Shown: piece by piece, positions 38,701 to 52,032 of the stretch
Layout of the letters: every line of letters begins with the position of its first letter
How positions within the stretch are numbered: position 1 is the stretch's first letter
Assembly: GCF_964204645.1 (NCBI RefSeq)
Contig: NC_134029.1
Coordinates: 4,340,001-4,404,000, forward strand
DNA length: 64,000 nt
From: Tubulanus polymorphus
Lineage: Eukaryota; Animalia; Nemertea
Reading direction: 5' to 3'
Made by a program: the position numbers and the translations under genes
The notes under the pieces: generated by a model
What the model was told of the DNA's origin: nothing
Databases searched by the model: none
What the model saw: the letters and a program-made list of their open reading frames with translations, nothing else

Positions 38701-41700
38701 AAACGGCCGTCCGAAACGCGCGCATACGATATCGGAAAGCTCGACGAACAGCTGGCTGTACGGCGCGTTTCCCGTCGCGCCTCGTCAACAAACGTGTTCG
38801 GAAAGCTCCGAATGCAGCAATCAAAGCGACGGCGAGGCGTGGTCGCCGATGTCGCCGATACGCTCGAATCAGTCGTTGAACGAAGCGATGTTGACAACGT
38901 CGAGTCCGCGTAATATCGGTCGAAACGAACGCGGCGGCTTCATTCGCAGCGAGTCGTTCTCCGACGCGTTTAAATACGCGGCCAGCGCCGTTTCAGCCGT
39001 CGGCAAAAAGTTCAAGCGAACGATTTCGTCGACGGCGTCCGGGTTCTCGGCGAGCTCGCTGCCGAAAGCCGTCGAAAATGACAATAGCTCGGCGAGCGCG
39101 TTCGGCAGCGGTGACCGTCTCACGCCGAAACGTCGCGGCTCCGAGGCGGCCGTCGATTATTTACATCGAAGCGAGAGTTTTTCGATGCCCCTCTCCGCGG
39201 CTGCCACTGCTGCTGCTGCTGTCGATTCCGGATTCAAATCTTCGCCGCAAATTCCGCAAAGGAAGATGTCATTCGGTAAGATAAACCTGACCGAGCGCCG
39301 TGTCCTGACGTGGCTGTAGAATGCTCCCTGAATCACCACCTCTCTCTAGCATGCTCTGACAATCAATACCCATAGATTTATCACAATCACATCTGCATTT
39401 TAAGATTTATTTCATATTTATCTATTTTCTATCCATATGTATTCATTTATTTGAGACCGCTCTATCGTGTCACTAGCATGTTCTAGAGAAAAGATATTTT
39501 TTGTTCCGTCAGCTAAACTATCTCAGAGTCGCTGCTAATTTTAATTGGCACTCAAATCATTTGAGATATGGTAATACTAAGAAAAGCTGTTTTGTATTAG
39601 AACTAAATCACAAATGAAGTGTCGATAGAAATCTGTTTGACAGATTGATTTTTAATGTATTTGGTTTTTGCGAGTGCTTATTTTTTTAACTATGATTTGA
39701 TTACCGGTAACTGATTACCTGCTTATTATAGTCGATGGTTACAAGAACAGACTGTGTTACTTCCATGCCTGCTAATCTTTTTAACCTGTGAACAACTTAA
39801 CATTTTTTTGCTTCATAGCTTCCAACCTTGGAGTAATCATTCTGTCTGGATGATTAATTACTCCAAGATGTAGGATTTTGATCCCCTCAATTATGACCAT
39901 AATTTTTAATCTAACAAATCCTTCCACAAGTCGTGTCTATGAACTCAAGATTCAGGGTTCAAACGCGATTTTCGTTCGTAGAATTTGAGAAATTATTATC
40001 AGGTATCGTTGTCCAGTCCTTACTTTGCAACACCTGCTGGATGCTCGCTCCCTTTCAGTGCAGTGTATAAATAGGTGATTGGCATTGCAGCGTATTTATT
40101 TTTTTTAGTAATGAATTTCTATCTCGATTGAAAGATGGCAGCATCTGTCAATCATACTGAATTATAGGTAACTAACAATCCAGCGCACTGCGGTTTAGAC
40201 GCATTATAGCGGTGTGCCTGTAATTCAACATCCGGGTTTGAAAATCATCTCTAACCCTTTCAGGTATTAGTTGGTCAGCTTCGAAAGGTTTAATGTCTGT
40301 TTTGATATATTCTCGTTTATAGGTAGCGCGCCGGTGCCATCGAAACTCGACCAGTACGTACAGATGCAAGAACTGCAGGACCTCGAGCGATCTGCGTCGG
40401 CTGCAATGCGACAGCCAGTAACGACGTCGATGGCTCAGAGTCTACTCGATGTCGCGATGGAAGTCGACATGTGGTCGTGTTCGCGATGTCACTCTTGTAA
40501 TTCGTTGCTGTACGATGAGGAGATAATGGCCGGCTGGTCGGCCGATGATAATAATCTAAATACTACGTAAGTGTGTCTATGGATCATCTATTTACTGAGC
40601 ATTGGAAGCAGTTTTCAAAGTCATACAAGAGATTGTTGCTATGTATCATCGCGAATTTCTGTCTCCGTATAAGCCATGACATTCTTTGCGCTGTCGAGAA
40701 AATAGTGTCAAGTTGTCTCGTGTTATACCTAAAACAATGTTTTATGGCAGTCGATCTTTTTCACATGCGGTACCAATTTTTAAAGAATAATCTATCTACC
40801 TCTTAATCTTCGTAACTGTAATGACATCGATGATTTTAATGAAACCTCGTCTTAATACTGTCCTTAGTAAAGAAATCATCAATTTCAATGCGTTTAGCTG
40901 CCTAATTTTATTTTAAACCACACTGAGACGCAGTTATGTGTATTGCTATTATGCTGATTCCTTAAAAATTCAGTTAGAATTTCATTTCGTACTCCATATT
41001 TACAGTTGCCAGTTCTGTTCATCGCGATTGGTGCCGTTCCTCCATGTTTATGTCAAGGTACGTGGGGATCATCTTTTTGGCGATTGTTTCATCAAAAGAA
41101 AGTTCGACATTTTATGAAGAATTTCGTTTCGTTTCAGGACTGGAGAAGCCGCGATCGAGCTTTGTTTATAACGCCGAGTTATTCGTTAGAAAGCATGCAA
41201 AGCGTGCAATCATTACCGCTGCTCGAACCGAGTCAACATTCGAACGATCGAAATCTGAATACTAGCGCTGTCGTCGTATCGGACGTCGGTTCCGTATCGA
41301 GCACCGGCGTCATGAACAACGCAGCCGCCGATTGTTCGAAATCGGATACGAGCTCGGATACGGGATCGTTGAATACGCCGGTCGATAATCTGATCGATTT
41401 CAGTCCGATACACAACGCGAGAGGACCGATGTACACGGGTACGGCCGGTGTCGCGGTGTCCGAACGTCGACGGTGCGCCAGCGAATGTTTGCCGAATAAT
41501 AACAACGCGACGACCAGCAGCAGCAGTAGCGGGAATAACGAACGTCGTATGAATTTGAATAACAGCTTGAAGTCGTCGATCGAAGAGGAGACTGATTCCG
41601 GTGAACGGTTGTCGAATAGTTTAAAGTCATCGGCTGATTGTAACAGTAGTAAATGTAGAAGCTTCACGGATTCAACGTGTACTAATAGCAGCAAGTCGTA

Positions 41701-44700
41701 AGTCACTTCAGCTTTGTTTCTCACGATGATTCGCTTTTTCAATTTGAGAAAAATATTCTTGCAGTCTGTATTGAATAACATATGATGAAACAGTGTTCAG
41801 TGTCTGTGTTCTATAATGATACTATGAAAAGCTGAGAATGAAAAATAGAGTTCGAAAAGTTTCCATTATATTGTAGTTTATACGGCGTTTCAACTTCATC
41901 CTAATAGTCATAACAGGTATACTACAAAATATATGCTGAAGATTTCTGAAGATGACTATTAGGTTACTGTTGAAACGTTGAACTGGGATGTTAATGTAGG
42001 CCTATATCATAATGTATTAAATGTAGATGAAAAGATTTGTATTATTGTCATGAATTTGTCGGTTTTCTCGTAGTCGTCGTCAATCGTTGACATCTGAACC
42101 GATCACCGTTCCATATCTGAGTCCACTGGTGCTACGTAAAGAGGTGGAGAATATTCTAGTTCAAGAGGGCGACTCTTGCATCGGCAAGTCAGAATTCATC
42201 GATGAACATCCTATTATATTTTGGAATTTGGTGAGTATTCATCTGTATTCTCTAATGATTCATTCAAATCATTGCTGATTGGACCTAAGTATGTATTCAT
42301 TTTGTATATACCGGGTACATTGATTTTGGATTAATGAAATTTAGTTGTATTTGAGAAAAGTAAAGTCACTTTTCATCATTTATGCAGCACGTTCCACTTC
42401 TCATTCCTATAGGTTTGGTACTTCAAAAGACTCTCTGTTCCCAGTCATCTACCCGGTTATGTACTGACTCTGAAAAGTAATGACAAGGAAGAACAGGTAT
42501 GTTTTATGTATGCCGCGTATCAGAGCGTGGGTGGAATTGCTCAAAAGTTGCTTTCAATTTACCAATGGACTAGTTGACACAATGACAATTAGAATTCAAA
42601 ACTGAATTTTATCTATCAAGAATTAGGATAAAACTCTCTCTAGAGATCTTTGTCAGGTCACCACCATAAGTCTAATCATTTAGATTTATATTTTAGTGGG
42701 TTTTTTCAGTCAAAAGTCCATTGCTACCATGGTATTTATGCGATGGTTAAGTTGGGAACTAGATCCGTGGCTGTCTTTCACACTCGATCACAATTCGTAC
42801 TTCGTGTATCTATATATATATTCAGAAGTTGATTTTGTTTATTTGTAGCATTCTAAAGACTGGTCGAATGCTGACAGTCGACACGTGTCAATTAGAACAT
42901 TGTGGGACAGCATCCGTGCCCATGATGAGATTGGTTATCCGATGTATCTCAATTACAATACTAAATGTAAGTTATTCTGTACGGTGTGTATGTAGCTATT
43001 GTTTACGACTAGGTCTAGTGAGAGCAATTAATTTTTAATTTCGTAATATGACGGTCCATCAGTTGGACTAGTAGAGACAATATTTAGTCGGAACCTGTGG
43101 ATTTGACAATTCCTGATTTGCTGGTGTAGAGAAGTAGGTTGCTGGACCCATTTCAAGTGTGAGTTAGGTTTTGCTCTGGATTTAGCTCATTTGCAAATAA
43201 TTGAACACACAAGAAACACAGAAACAAAAACATGTTTGATCTCGAAAAAGTTGTTTCTTTTAAACGCATGTTTCTGTCTCCTGTGTTTCCCTGTATCAAA
43301 GTCTGTTAATTTTCAATTCGATCAAATGTTGAATGAAATTTTAACTCGCATTAGTTAAACTGGGTCCTGGGTTATTAACACTTGTCTCCTCGGTACAGTT
43401 AGGCTTTTATCTAGAAATGAGAACCAGGGCGATTAGCTAAAGCATCCTCTCTTCGGTTGAATGTTCACTTGATAATGAACTGCATGTTTCGTTAAATTGC
43501 TTGTTCAGTTTTCTCGTAGACTTTGTGGCTTTTCTTAGAGTTTTTTTTCTGCTTTGTTGAATTTCAGCACACACATCTCGTACTGTTAGCGCTCTGGTGA
43601 CGGACAATCGAGCCTTTTCAAAGAGGTAGGCTTGGGCTGGTATCTCTCTCGCGAGCTGTAGGGGTGTGGTCTCTAATATGAATGAATTTTTGACATTTCA
43701 CCCATCTTAAACTTGAATGTGTACATTGAAGATGTAGTGTGTTTACTAGGATTCAGTTCTTCAGGTTGATGATGAAAATGGACTGAGTGAAAATTACCGT
43801 TGATTTTAAAATTGTTTAACCCGTTGGGTTGTATTTACTGCAGAACTGGATCCTGGGTTTCAGAGGTTTTGAATCCAAAAAAGATTTGATGAATCTTATC
43901 ATCTTATTCATTTGTCGCAGTTAAATTTCAAGAATCAATTGAAACATTCATTCTCTTGGGTTCAGGGTTCTTACAGATAAGGAAAAATCGAAAAATTCTG
44001 ACATTTCTTGAAAATCAGAGAAAAGTCAGGGAGATTTATGTTTTGGCATCTTGTCAATAGCCCCTACTGAGATTATCTTATAATATATTCAAGAGAAATT
44101 AGGAAATTTTCGATTCCCTGATCCGTAAGAACCCTGTTGGTTGCATATTTACTGTATGGTAGTGATATGTGTGTTTTGTTTCGCCGGTTTCAGTATAATG
44201 CAACAGATCGTGTCAAATATCGAGTGCAATGATCTACTGTCTCCGATCAAACTCATGATGAACGAACGTAAACGACTGAGTCCAGCGAAAGGCAGCCATT
44301 TTAGAAGCATCTATCGCGAGATCATCTATTTAGCTTTCGTAGCTTGTGGACGTAGTAACATCGATCATGGTAAGACAGCTGTATAGCAAGGACATGAAAT
44401 TGTGGTCTTACCAGAAGACTCCTCCTTACTCGAATCAATGGATATAATGAAATTAATTGACGTTCCGTTGCAATGGTTCTAAGATTTGTGTTCAAGTAAA
44501 GTGATGATTCGACTTGAAAGCATTCCATTTAAGATGGGTCTACTTTAAATACCTATCTTTTGTGGTATTTAAGATGAATCGACGTCTCTGATAGTCCTAT
44601 ATTCATTTCCCAGAGCCAGCCTGTTGTACAGTAAAGGCTTAGCTCATTTAGGTTCTGTAACCATTTTAACATTTTAAGACTGGTCTTATGATTTAATGAG

Positions 44701-45007
44701 CACAATCCACAGTTGATGATTTAACCACTTACTTTCTGATACAAATTCAACCGGTCATCTTATGATTTAAGACTGATCTAGTCACATCTAGTGCCCAGCA
44801 CTTTCTATCGGTGGTTTACGTTGTTGATCAACTTCAAGTTGTTATTCGATGTTTATTTCAGATGCGTTTGATCGCGAGTACAGACACGCCTACCATCAGA
44901 TGAATTTCCGCGATCGCAACAAGCTGCAGCATAACGATAAACCGCCTAGCAACGGTGTCGTGTGGTGTCGAAAAATATTCCGTGAATTAGAACTCTTAAC
45001 TCAGTAA
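26739..45007 (+). CDS. DENND4: DENN domain-containing protein 4 / Crag-like Rab GEF (MABP, uDENN-cDENN-dDENN, PPR repeats, long Ser-rich region, conserved C-terminus), about 30 coding exons
   Basis: Spliceable exons include [15 protein letters not shown]...[160 protein letters not shown]...[13 protein letters not shown] (TAA 45005-45007). Confidence 0.95.
30264..30382. mobile_element. Tc1/mariner-type MITE (TA-CAGTAGACT termini); related elements at about 36547-36678 and 61380-61558
   Basis: tacagtagacttcg ... cggagtctactgta inverted termini with TA flanks. Confidence 0.65.
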
Positions 45008-47562
45008 CGAAGTATATTTCGCGCTGCAGATATTCACAGATATTCACTGAAAACAATTTGGGAAGACATTTTATTTATCATATAGAAACGAAATGAAATC
45101 TCACTGAAAATTGTGGCTACAAAATCTCGAAAAATGTTTCGCAAAGCACATAATATTGTTTTGACGGATTTGGCAACTATTTACAGGCTCTCATCATAGA
45201 ATATTCAGATGCATCCTAAAAATGTTTTGATCTGTAGAACTGGGTCTAGAGTATGAAACTGATACGTAATAAATTTTCAGTGATCTAAGCTTATGCCGAT
45301 TATCAATCCGTCGACCCTTATCACCACTCACAACATTTGGTATTTTTAATTCAAGATGAACTACTACAAATGAAAATCATTTAATTAGCACACTTTCATA
45401 AAAGTCATCGTCCAGACTTCACGCCACGTTGATGAATGTTTTGAGGGGTGGTCGCGGTGGCATAATAGACATTGATTATGTATCCATAGTTAACGGTATT
45501 TGGAAATTGATGTTCCCAAAAAGGTTTACCAACTCGGTGTACCGGTAATGTATTGTTTCTTGTAGATAACTGTAAATTCTGTACAGGTCTCGAATAAATA
45601 GTCTTTCATTCTGGGATATTAATAGTGTGTATAATTATGAAACCGATTCAGAAGTTGCGTTCATAGTGTGATTTAGATATGACAATATAAACTTTTTCGA
45701 TGTTTCTTCGACTAGAAGTGAAATTTTACAAGCTGATAGAATAGTTTTTTAAAGACTGTTTGATTTGGTTGATTAAGAAAAAAGTATACTTGTTGTTAAG
45801 GTATTAATAATAATAATTATAATGATAATGATAATACTAATAATGATAGTAATGAACGTAGTAGTATTAGACTCTCGAATCCCATTCCGCAGTTGTGAGT
45901 AAAATTTGACTATCGGGTCAAGAAATTATGAATGAACTGAAATGAGTTAAACCTAACTTGGAACTGTGTAACTGGATCCTGGTGTTTGACATTGCTGTAA
46001 ACATTCTGTGTCCTCTGCTATGGACAAATTTATCAAGATGGAGCATTTTACTTAAATTGGAGTCACCCGCTTCAGATGTTGAACAATTTCGTATTGAATT
46101 TAAGACTAAATGACGTATATTATACCCAAATCTAATTGATTGATTACGATTTAATTTTACTCGATAGAATTCTTACGTAGATATATTTTTGCTCATTATG
46201 TCAGCTGTTAAATAGCGCTTTTCTTGAATTAACTTATGAATTGATTTGTCATTATATATTGTTGATGTATTGTATCTCATGACAGCTTATAGCGCACTGA
46301 TTAATGCTTCGAATTGATGATGAAAATATTGTATACTCATATGACTCGTTATTCAGGTCACTTTTAGAGTTATCTAGCGGGTATTTTCTTTTTTTTTTCT
46401 TTTTATAAATTTACGCGTGATTTTAGTCAAATTTTCTTGAATTGTTGCAAATGATGTTAAAAATAGAAAATGAATTGCACTGGGACTGTTGTAGAGCTAA
46501 GGCCGATTCACAGAACGCTTTTCGATTTCATTTTCGGACTACTATTTTTGATATTGAATTACTCGCATTTTAGTGAAAATTACTTCAATGTATATCAGGT
46601 AGTCCGGTCTGCTTTAGTCATGATAACACACTATTCACTAGTCAATGAAATGTTATCTCAGTCTGTGAAATAGTCCACTCATTTATAGGTCACCACTTTT
46701 CAGTCTGTTTCTTGAATATTATTTTATTTTGTGTAAAGGTTTTCGTGAAAAGAATGTGATCGAATGTCATTGATATGACGCATGTTTGAGGGCACGTCCC
46801 GGGGACTGGGAATATTATCTTGCGAACAAATCGTTCGTTGTATCTTCTATTATTATACAAATCTTTTTTGATAAGTATTCAGTAAAGCAGGTCTATTTTC
46901 CTTATTTCTGCAATCGATTCTCAAAGGTTGGAGGGTCTGGATACTTCGCGGAAAATATGTTTCTACACATACTAGAAAATAAATCACTTGTTGAATGTTG
47001 TTGAATATTGTAAATAAACTTAAAATGAAATATCTTTGAAAATATATTTGTGAATTGTATATATATGTATGTATACGTTGGCGCTTTTATCAATGTAAAT
47101 TTCAATCATAATGATAGAAATAATATTAATGATGATGTGAATAATAATAATAATAATAATATAACAATGATAAGAAAATAATTATGTTGTTGATGAGAGG
47201 ATTGAGCATTATTGTCTTTTGAACTTGAAAAAAAATAAAAAAGATTCATCTCTGATAGATATTTTTTGTTGTGCAGTAATCACATAATTCGAGGATTGAA
47301 AATGCATTTTCGGATTATTATTTATTAACGTGTCACGCTATCGCGGCGTTGGAAAATTTATACCACTCGTATGCCACAGTAGGAATTTCAATCCGTGAAA
47401 TCTTAATAAATCTCTGCCCATCGTAGATGGCAAATACGTGAACGAACTTATTGCCACATCTCATGCCGGTCGGCTTGATTCCAGAAATATATGTTGCAAA
47501 TAGATACGTAGGTCGAAGGCGATGCCCGACTAGGCCTATGATTTTATAAATCGCATTTTCCA

Positions 47563-48252
47563 CTTCCCATTCTATCATTGGTCGGAAGTATATCTTCTAT
47601 ATTGAGTCTGTTGTTTGCTGTTTTCGTTCACTTGTTCCTGCCACAACTGGGAACTTTTCCAGGACTTCTCTTAGTGAATTTAAGCTTCGCCCTTATCGTT
47701 TCTCACGTCCTGATAATAGCATCGGTGAACATACATTCGCTGCGTGTCTGCGAGATTTTGGTTATTCTCAAACACTACATGTGGCTCGTTGTTTTCACCT
47801 CTATGAACGCCGTCGGAATCAATATGGCTTACACATTCAACAAGAAGTTCCAACTCGAAACCGCTACGACCAACATCAAACGCTGATTATTTGCAAATTA
47901 TGCCTTTATTTGGTGTATTCCCCTCGTGGCTTTGGTCCCTTGCTTATACCTCCATCTCAGTCCGGACACACAACTGAAGTCAACCGTCTACGGAAATTTG
48001 AAAAGTTGTTGGATCAAGAATTCCCAATTCCAGATTTATGGGTTTATACTTCCTGTCGCCTAATCGGTTTCATTCAATTTATTTATGTTTGGGTTGATCG
48101 TTCGGGGTATCCGCCTTTCGATAAAATCCATCAATAGGTGGCAGCCTTCGGAACAGTATGGCGCGAAGAAGGAACTGCCAATATTCTTACGCGTATTTGC
48201 TGCCATCGGACTGACTTGGTTAATAGGGTTCATTGCTAGTTTAGTCGGAAAC
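47563..48252 (+). pseudogene. Partial duplicate of the GPCR 7TM region
   Basis: Near-identical to about 50452-51141, but with premature stops (TGA 47884-47886, TAA 48061-48063) and lacking the ectodomain and the last TM helix. Confidence 0.9.
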
Positions 48253-48574
48253 TATGAAATGACAAGTTATGTCAGAAACACGGAAAGTAGTTGATAATAT
48301 CTTAACTTTCGCTGGTGTTATGTTTCAAACTGATGGGAAATCTAAAATCTGACTGTAACATTAGAATATTCCTTATGGCAGTTTCATTAATCGTTTTGAA
48401 AATTCGATACCCACATCTATAATTGGAAAAGTTATATCTATCTAATTAAACCATTCATTTGTCAGACGAATGCTAATGAATGCATTTTACCAACATTTGA
48501 TTGGTTACATGTTAGCTATATACGCAATTTGATCGCGGGAAAGGCAGTAGATCGGCCTAGCGCATCACACAAAC

Positions 48575-51306
48575 ATGAATATGCGCTTTCTGATAGTTTC
48601 ATTTCTGTTTGGTAAGTTAACGTACATCGTAGATACCCGATCGATAAATGTTTGAGACTCTAGTCAGCGTTCATCCTCAAAAAGATATATAATGCTGTAA
48701 TGATAAACTGTTAAATGCATTGAACCCATGTCTTTATTTCAGCCCTGTGTGAAGGCAGTATTGGTCCTAACGAATACATGACTTTTCGACGCGTCAAACT
48801 CATTGAGGGCAACATCGGAAACTTTTCGTTTTCGTATCATATGCCGTATAATCGAACGGATTCATTCGGACAACGAGTTCCTTATTGTAAAAACATAGTG
48901 TGCTTTGAAAAACATGAAGATTTATGCCACGTTTTCGGGGACTGTTGCGAGCCAAGTTTACTCCATGATACTAACTCGCATTCATCACGGGTAACTCAGC
49001 TGAGTTCCGAGGTTCCATTCGCTTCGTGTCATAGTTTCGAGTTTCGCTATCCACCTTACAATGTTTGGGCAATAAGCAAGTGTCCTCCGGATTATACAGG
49101 TAACCTGCTCATCAGGAAGCTCTGCGAGGATGAAGACGGTAGCCATATCGTCTCTTCAATGCCAGTTTATAGGAAAGACAGAATCTTACCATTCAGGAAT
49201 TCATTCTGCGCCCGTTGTCACGGGTATTCGATGGAAGAAATACAATTTTTGGAAGCTGAACTTTTTTGCGGAGGTTCATATATTACAGTGGAACAAGTGA
49301 TGAACGAAATAGGTAAAACTGGTAAATACCCGACTGATAACTGCACAGTTCTATATGAAAATGAGAAAACAGACGTCAACCAATCTCCACTATATAGACA
49401 ATGTACGAGAAGTAATCAACTGCCTGTAGTTTTGTATCCACCCAACTTCAGCATCGAACCTATAAGAAATCCAGAGAGTTTTGAATGCAGAGCCTGCACG
49501 TATGTGACTGGTGTGGTGAGTCGGCTAAAAAATAATCAACTCATAGAGTATAAAAGCATTTACTGTATTGCATGTTACCACAATGATTTCGAAATGGACT
49601 TGGACGATCTTCGGTGCGTTGATCATTCAAACGTTGTCATCGATCGGGACCTTCAAGGTCTGAGGATTCTTTTGGACTTCAATCTGGTGGAAGGGCTACA
49701 GATTCATACATCCGACGGACGCGTCACTAACTTAGAGTCGAAAGACGCAATTTGTCGTCAGGAAGAAGATTATGAATCTAAAACTGGAACATGTGTTAAA
49801 GAAATTTGCTTGTCAGGATTCATAAAACATAACAATGAATGTATTCTAGATGAGACCGATTTAGGCATAAAGGCAACGATTTATGTTGGATTTCATTTCA
49901 TATCCAACAAAACTGTTATGGGAATACCGATTGGTTTATATATAAAACGTTATCTACAGTCGGGTGTCAATTATCCTGCTGTTATGAATGACTACGTTCA
50001 AGTAAATACGTCTCACTTTCGGTCGAGCTTTTTTCACGTTGATATTCACGAATTTCGTCGCGCTGACACAATTTTCAGTTCCGATGACGTGCGAAACTTG
50101 ACAGAAACGACGATTAAATACATTCGAAAATGGTTCAGATCGCAAAGTATGGATACTCTTGAAATCGACGAGGAAAACTTTGAGATGGTCTCTCTAGCCG
50201 CTAACAGCAACTGTAGCGCTGGTTACATGGTCAACGAGACTGTTCACGTGAGTTCGAAGCATATCGGACTCAGAGAAAGGCAGACTGTTCTGTTCGATGT
50301 AAGGAAAACGCCGAACGGATCAGTTATTACTAAGAAGGTTTGTCGAACTCCGCTTACAGATTGTTTACGACGTTCAGGCGAAAGGGAAAATAATACTTGT
50401 ATCTTAGCGCCATCAGTCCCACCGTCAGTTCAACCAGAAAAGCTCCCCCAACTTCCCATTCTATCATTGGTCGGAAGTATATTTTCTATATTGAGTCTGT
50501 TGTTTGCCGTTTTCGTTCACTTGTTCCTGCCACAACTGAGAACTTTTCCAGGACTTCTCATCGTGAATTTAAGCTTCGCCCTTATCGTTTCTCACGTCCT
50601 GATAATAGCATCCGCGAACATACATTCGCTGCGTGTCTGCGAGATTTTGGCTATTCTCAAACACTACATGTGGCTCGTTGTTTTCACCTCTATGAACGCC
50701 GTCGGAATCAATATGGCTTACACATTCAACAAGAAGTTCCAATTCGAAACCGCTACAACCAACATCAAACGCAGATTCTTTGCAAATTATACCCTTATTT
50801 GGTGTATTCCCCTCGTGGCTTTGGTCCCTTGCTTGTACCTACATTTCAGTCCGGACACACAACTGAAGTCAACCGTCTACGGAAATTTGAAAAGTTGTTG
50901 GATCAAGAATTCCCAATTCCAAATTTACGGGTTTATACTCCCTGTCGTCTTATCGGTTTCGTTCAATTTATTTCTGTTTGGGTTGATCGTTCGAGGTATC
51001 CGCCTTTCGATAAAATCCATCAATAGGTGGCAGCCTTCGGAACAGTATGGCGCGAAGAAGGAACTGTCAATATTCTTACGCGTATTTGCTGCCATCGGAC
51101 TGACTTGGTTAATAGGGTTCATTGCTAGTTTAGTCGGAAACCAAATGTTATGGTACACGTTCGAAATTCTAAATTCATTTCAAGGCGTTCTCATATCTAT
51201 AGCTTTTCTTTGCAACCGTCGCGTATTTGGCTTCCTGACTAGACTAAAGACTACTCCGACTGTGGGAAAATTAACAACTGACACGAAAGTAAGCGGCACA
51301 AAATAA
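48575..51306 (+). CDS. Secretin/adhesion-class (class B-like) GPCR with large Cys-rich ectodomain; exons 48575-48611 and 48743-51306
   Basis: Signal peptide MNMRFLIVSFLFALCEG. Somatomedin-B-like CHVFGDCC and repeated FRNSFCARCHG / YKSIYCIACYH motifs. 7TM with class B signatures (LRTFPG..NL, C..L.HY.WL, CWI, GLTWLIGF, ILNSFQGVLISIAFLC). Confidence 0.9.
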
Positions 51307-52032
51307 TATGTATTTTGAATGTGATTTCTTCGTTACAATCTCACCATTAATCGATGATCATTAACAAATAAATTGTGCTGTTATAAAATTCACGAATAAC
51401 CCTTTACATTCTATGTCTTAGTTTTTTAAAATAAACTTAGACTCACTATTATGTAGATGTTAGAAGAATAAATCAGTTTTGTATTCTGTGAAATTAAGTT
51501 TATATTTTCTATTTTTTTGGTCTATACGGAAAGATCTATCCTTATATCACAAAGATTTCACCAAAATATGGAAGTAATCAAATAACGATCGAAACCGATA
51601 ATGCTTTGCATTCAAAAACCCTGCCGCTAAACCACTATCAAACCCCCTGTTTCGATCCCGGCAGATGTGGTAGGACAACAAATCAAAACAAGAATAAAAC
51701 GAAATCTACCAATCAAATAAATGACAGGGTCGTCAGTCACTATTTTGAGATAAATAAACCCCACTACATCACCGAGTCATGAAAAATATGAAAGACAACA
51801 ATACTGTAATATTCAGGATTCGAGCCGCATCGATCAACAGTTTGATGATTTCTGCCAAGCAACAGGAGAAAATCGAGCGTTTAGTAACTATGGTAATTTT
51901 TCTTGGTTACGGTTTGTTTTGGCAACGGTTTCTCAGTTTCCCGCTTGGAGAAATTTGAGTAAGACGTGTTTCACGATCGCTCCTCGAAAATCTTTAAATT
52001 TGCCGGAAAATTTTGAAAATTATCGAATTCAA

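Noticed and set aside
37917-39339. Multiple overlapping and antisense ORFs
   Set aside because: By-products of the GC-rich large DENND4 exon; no independent motifs or splice support.
47115-47175. (AAT)n/(GAT)n tracts here and near 13075 and 45810
   Set aside because: Ordinary microsatellites with no further structure.
50397-51026. 209-aa alternative-frame ORF inside the GPCR
   Set aside because: TTG start and no recognisable domain; a shadow frame of the 7TM coding sequence.
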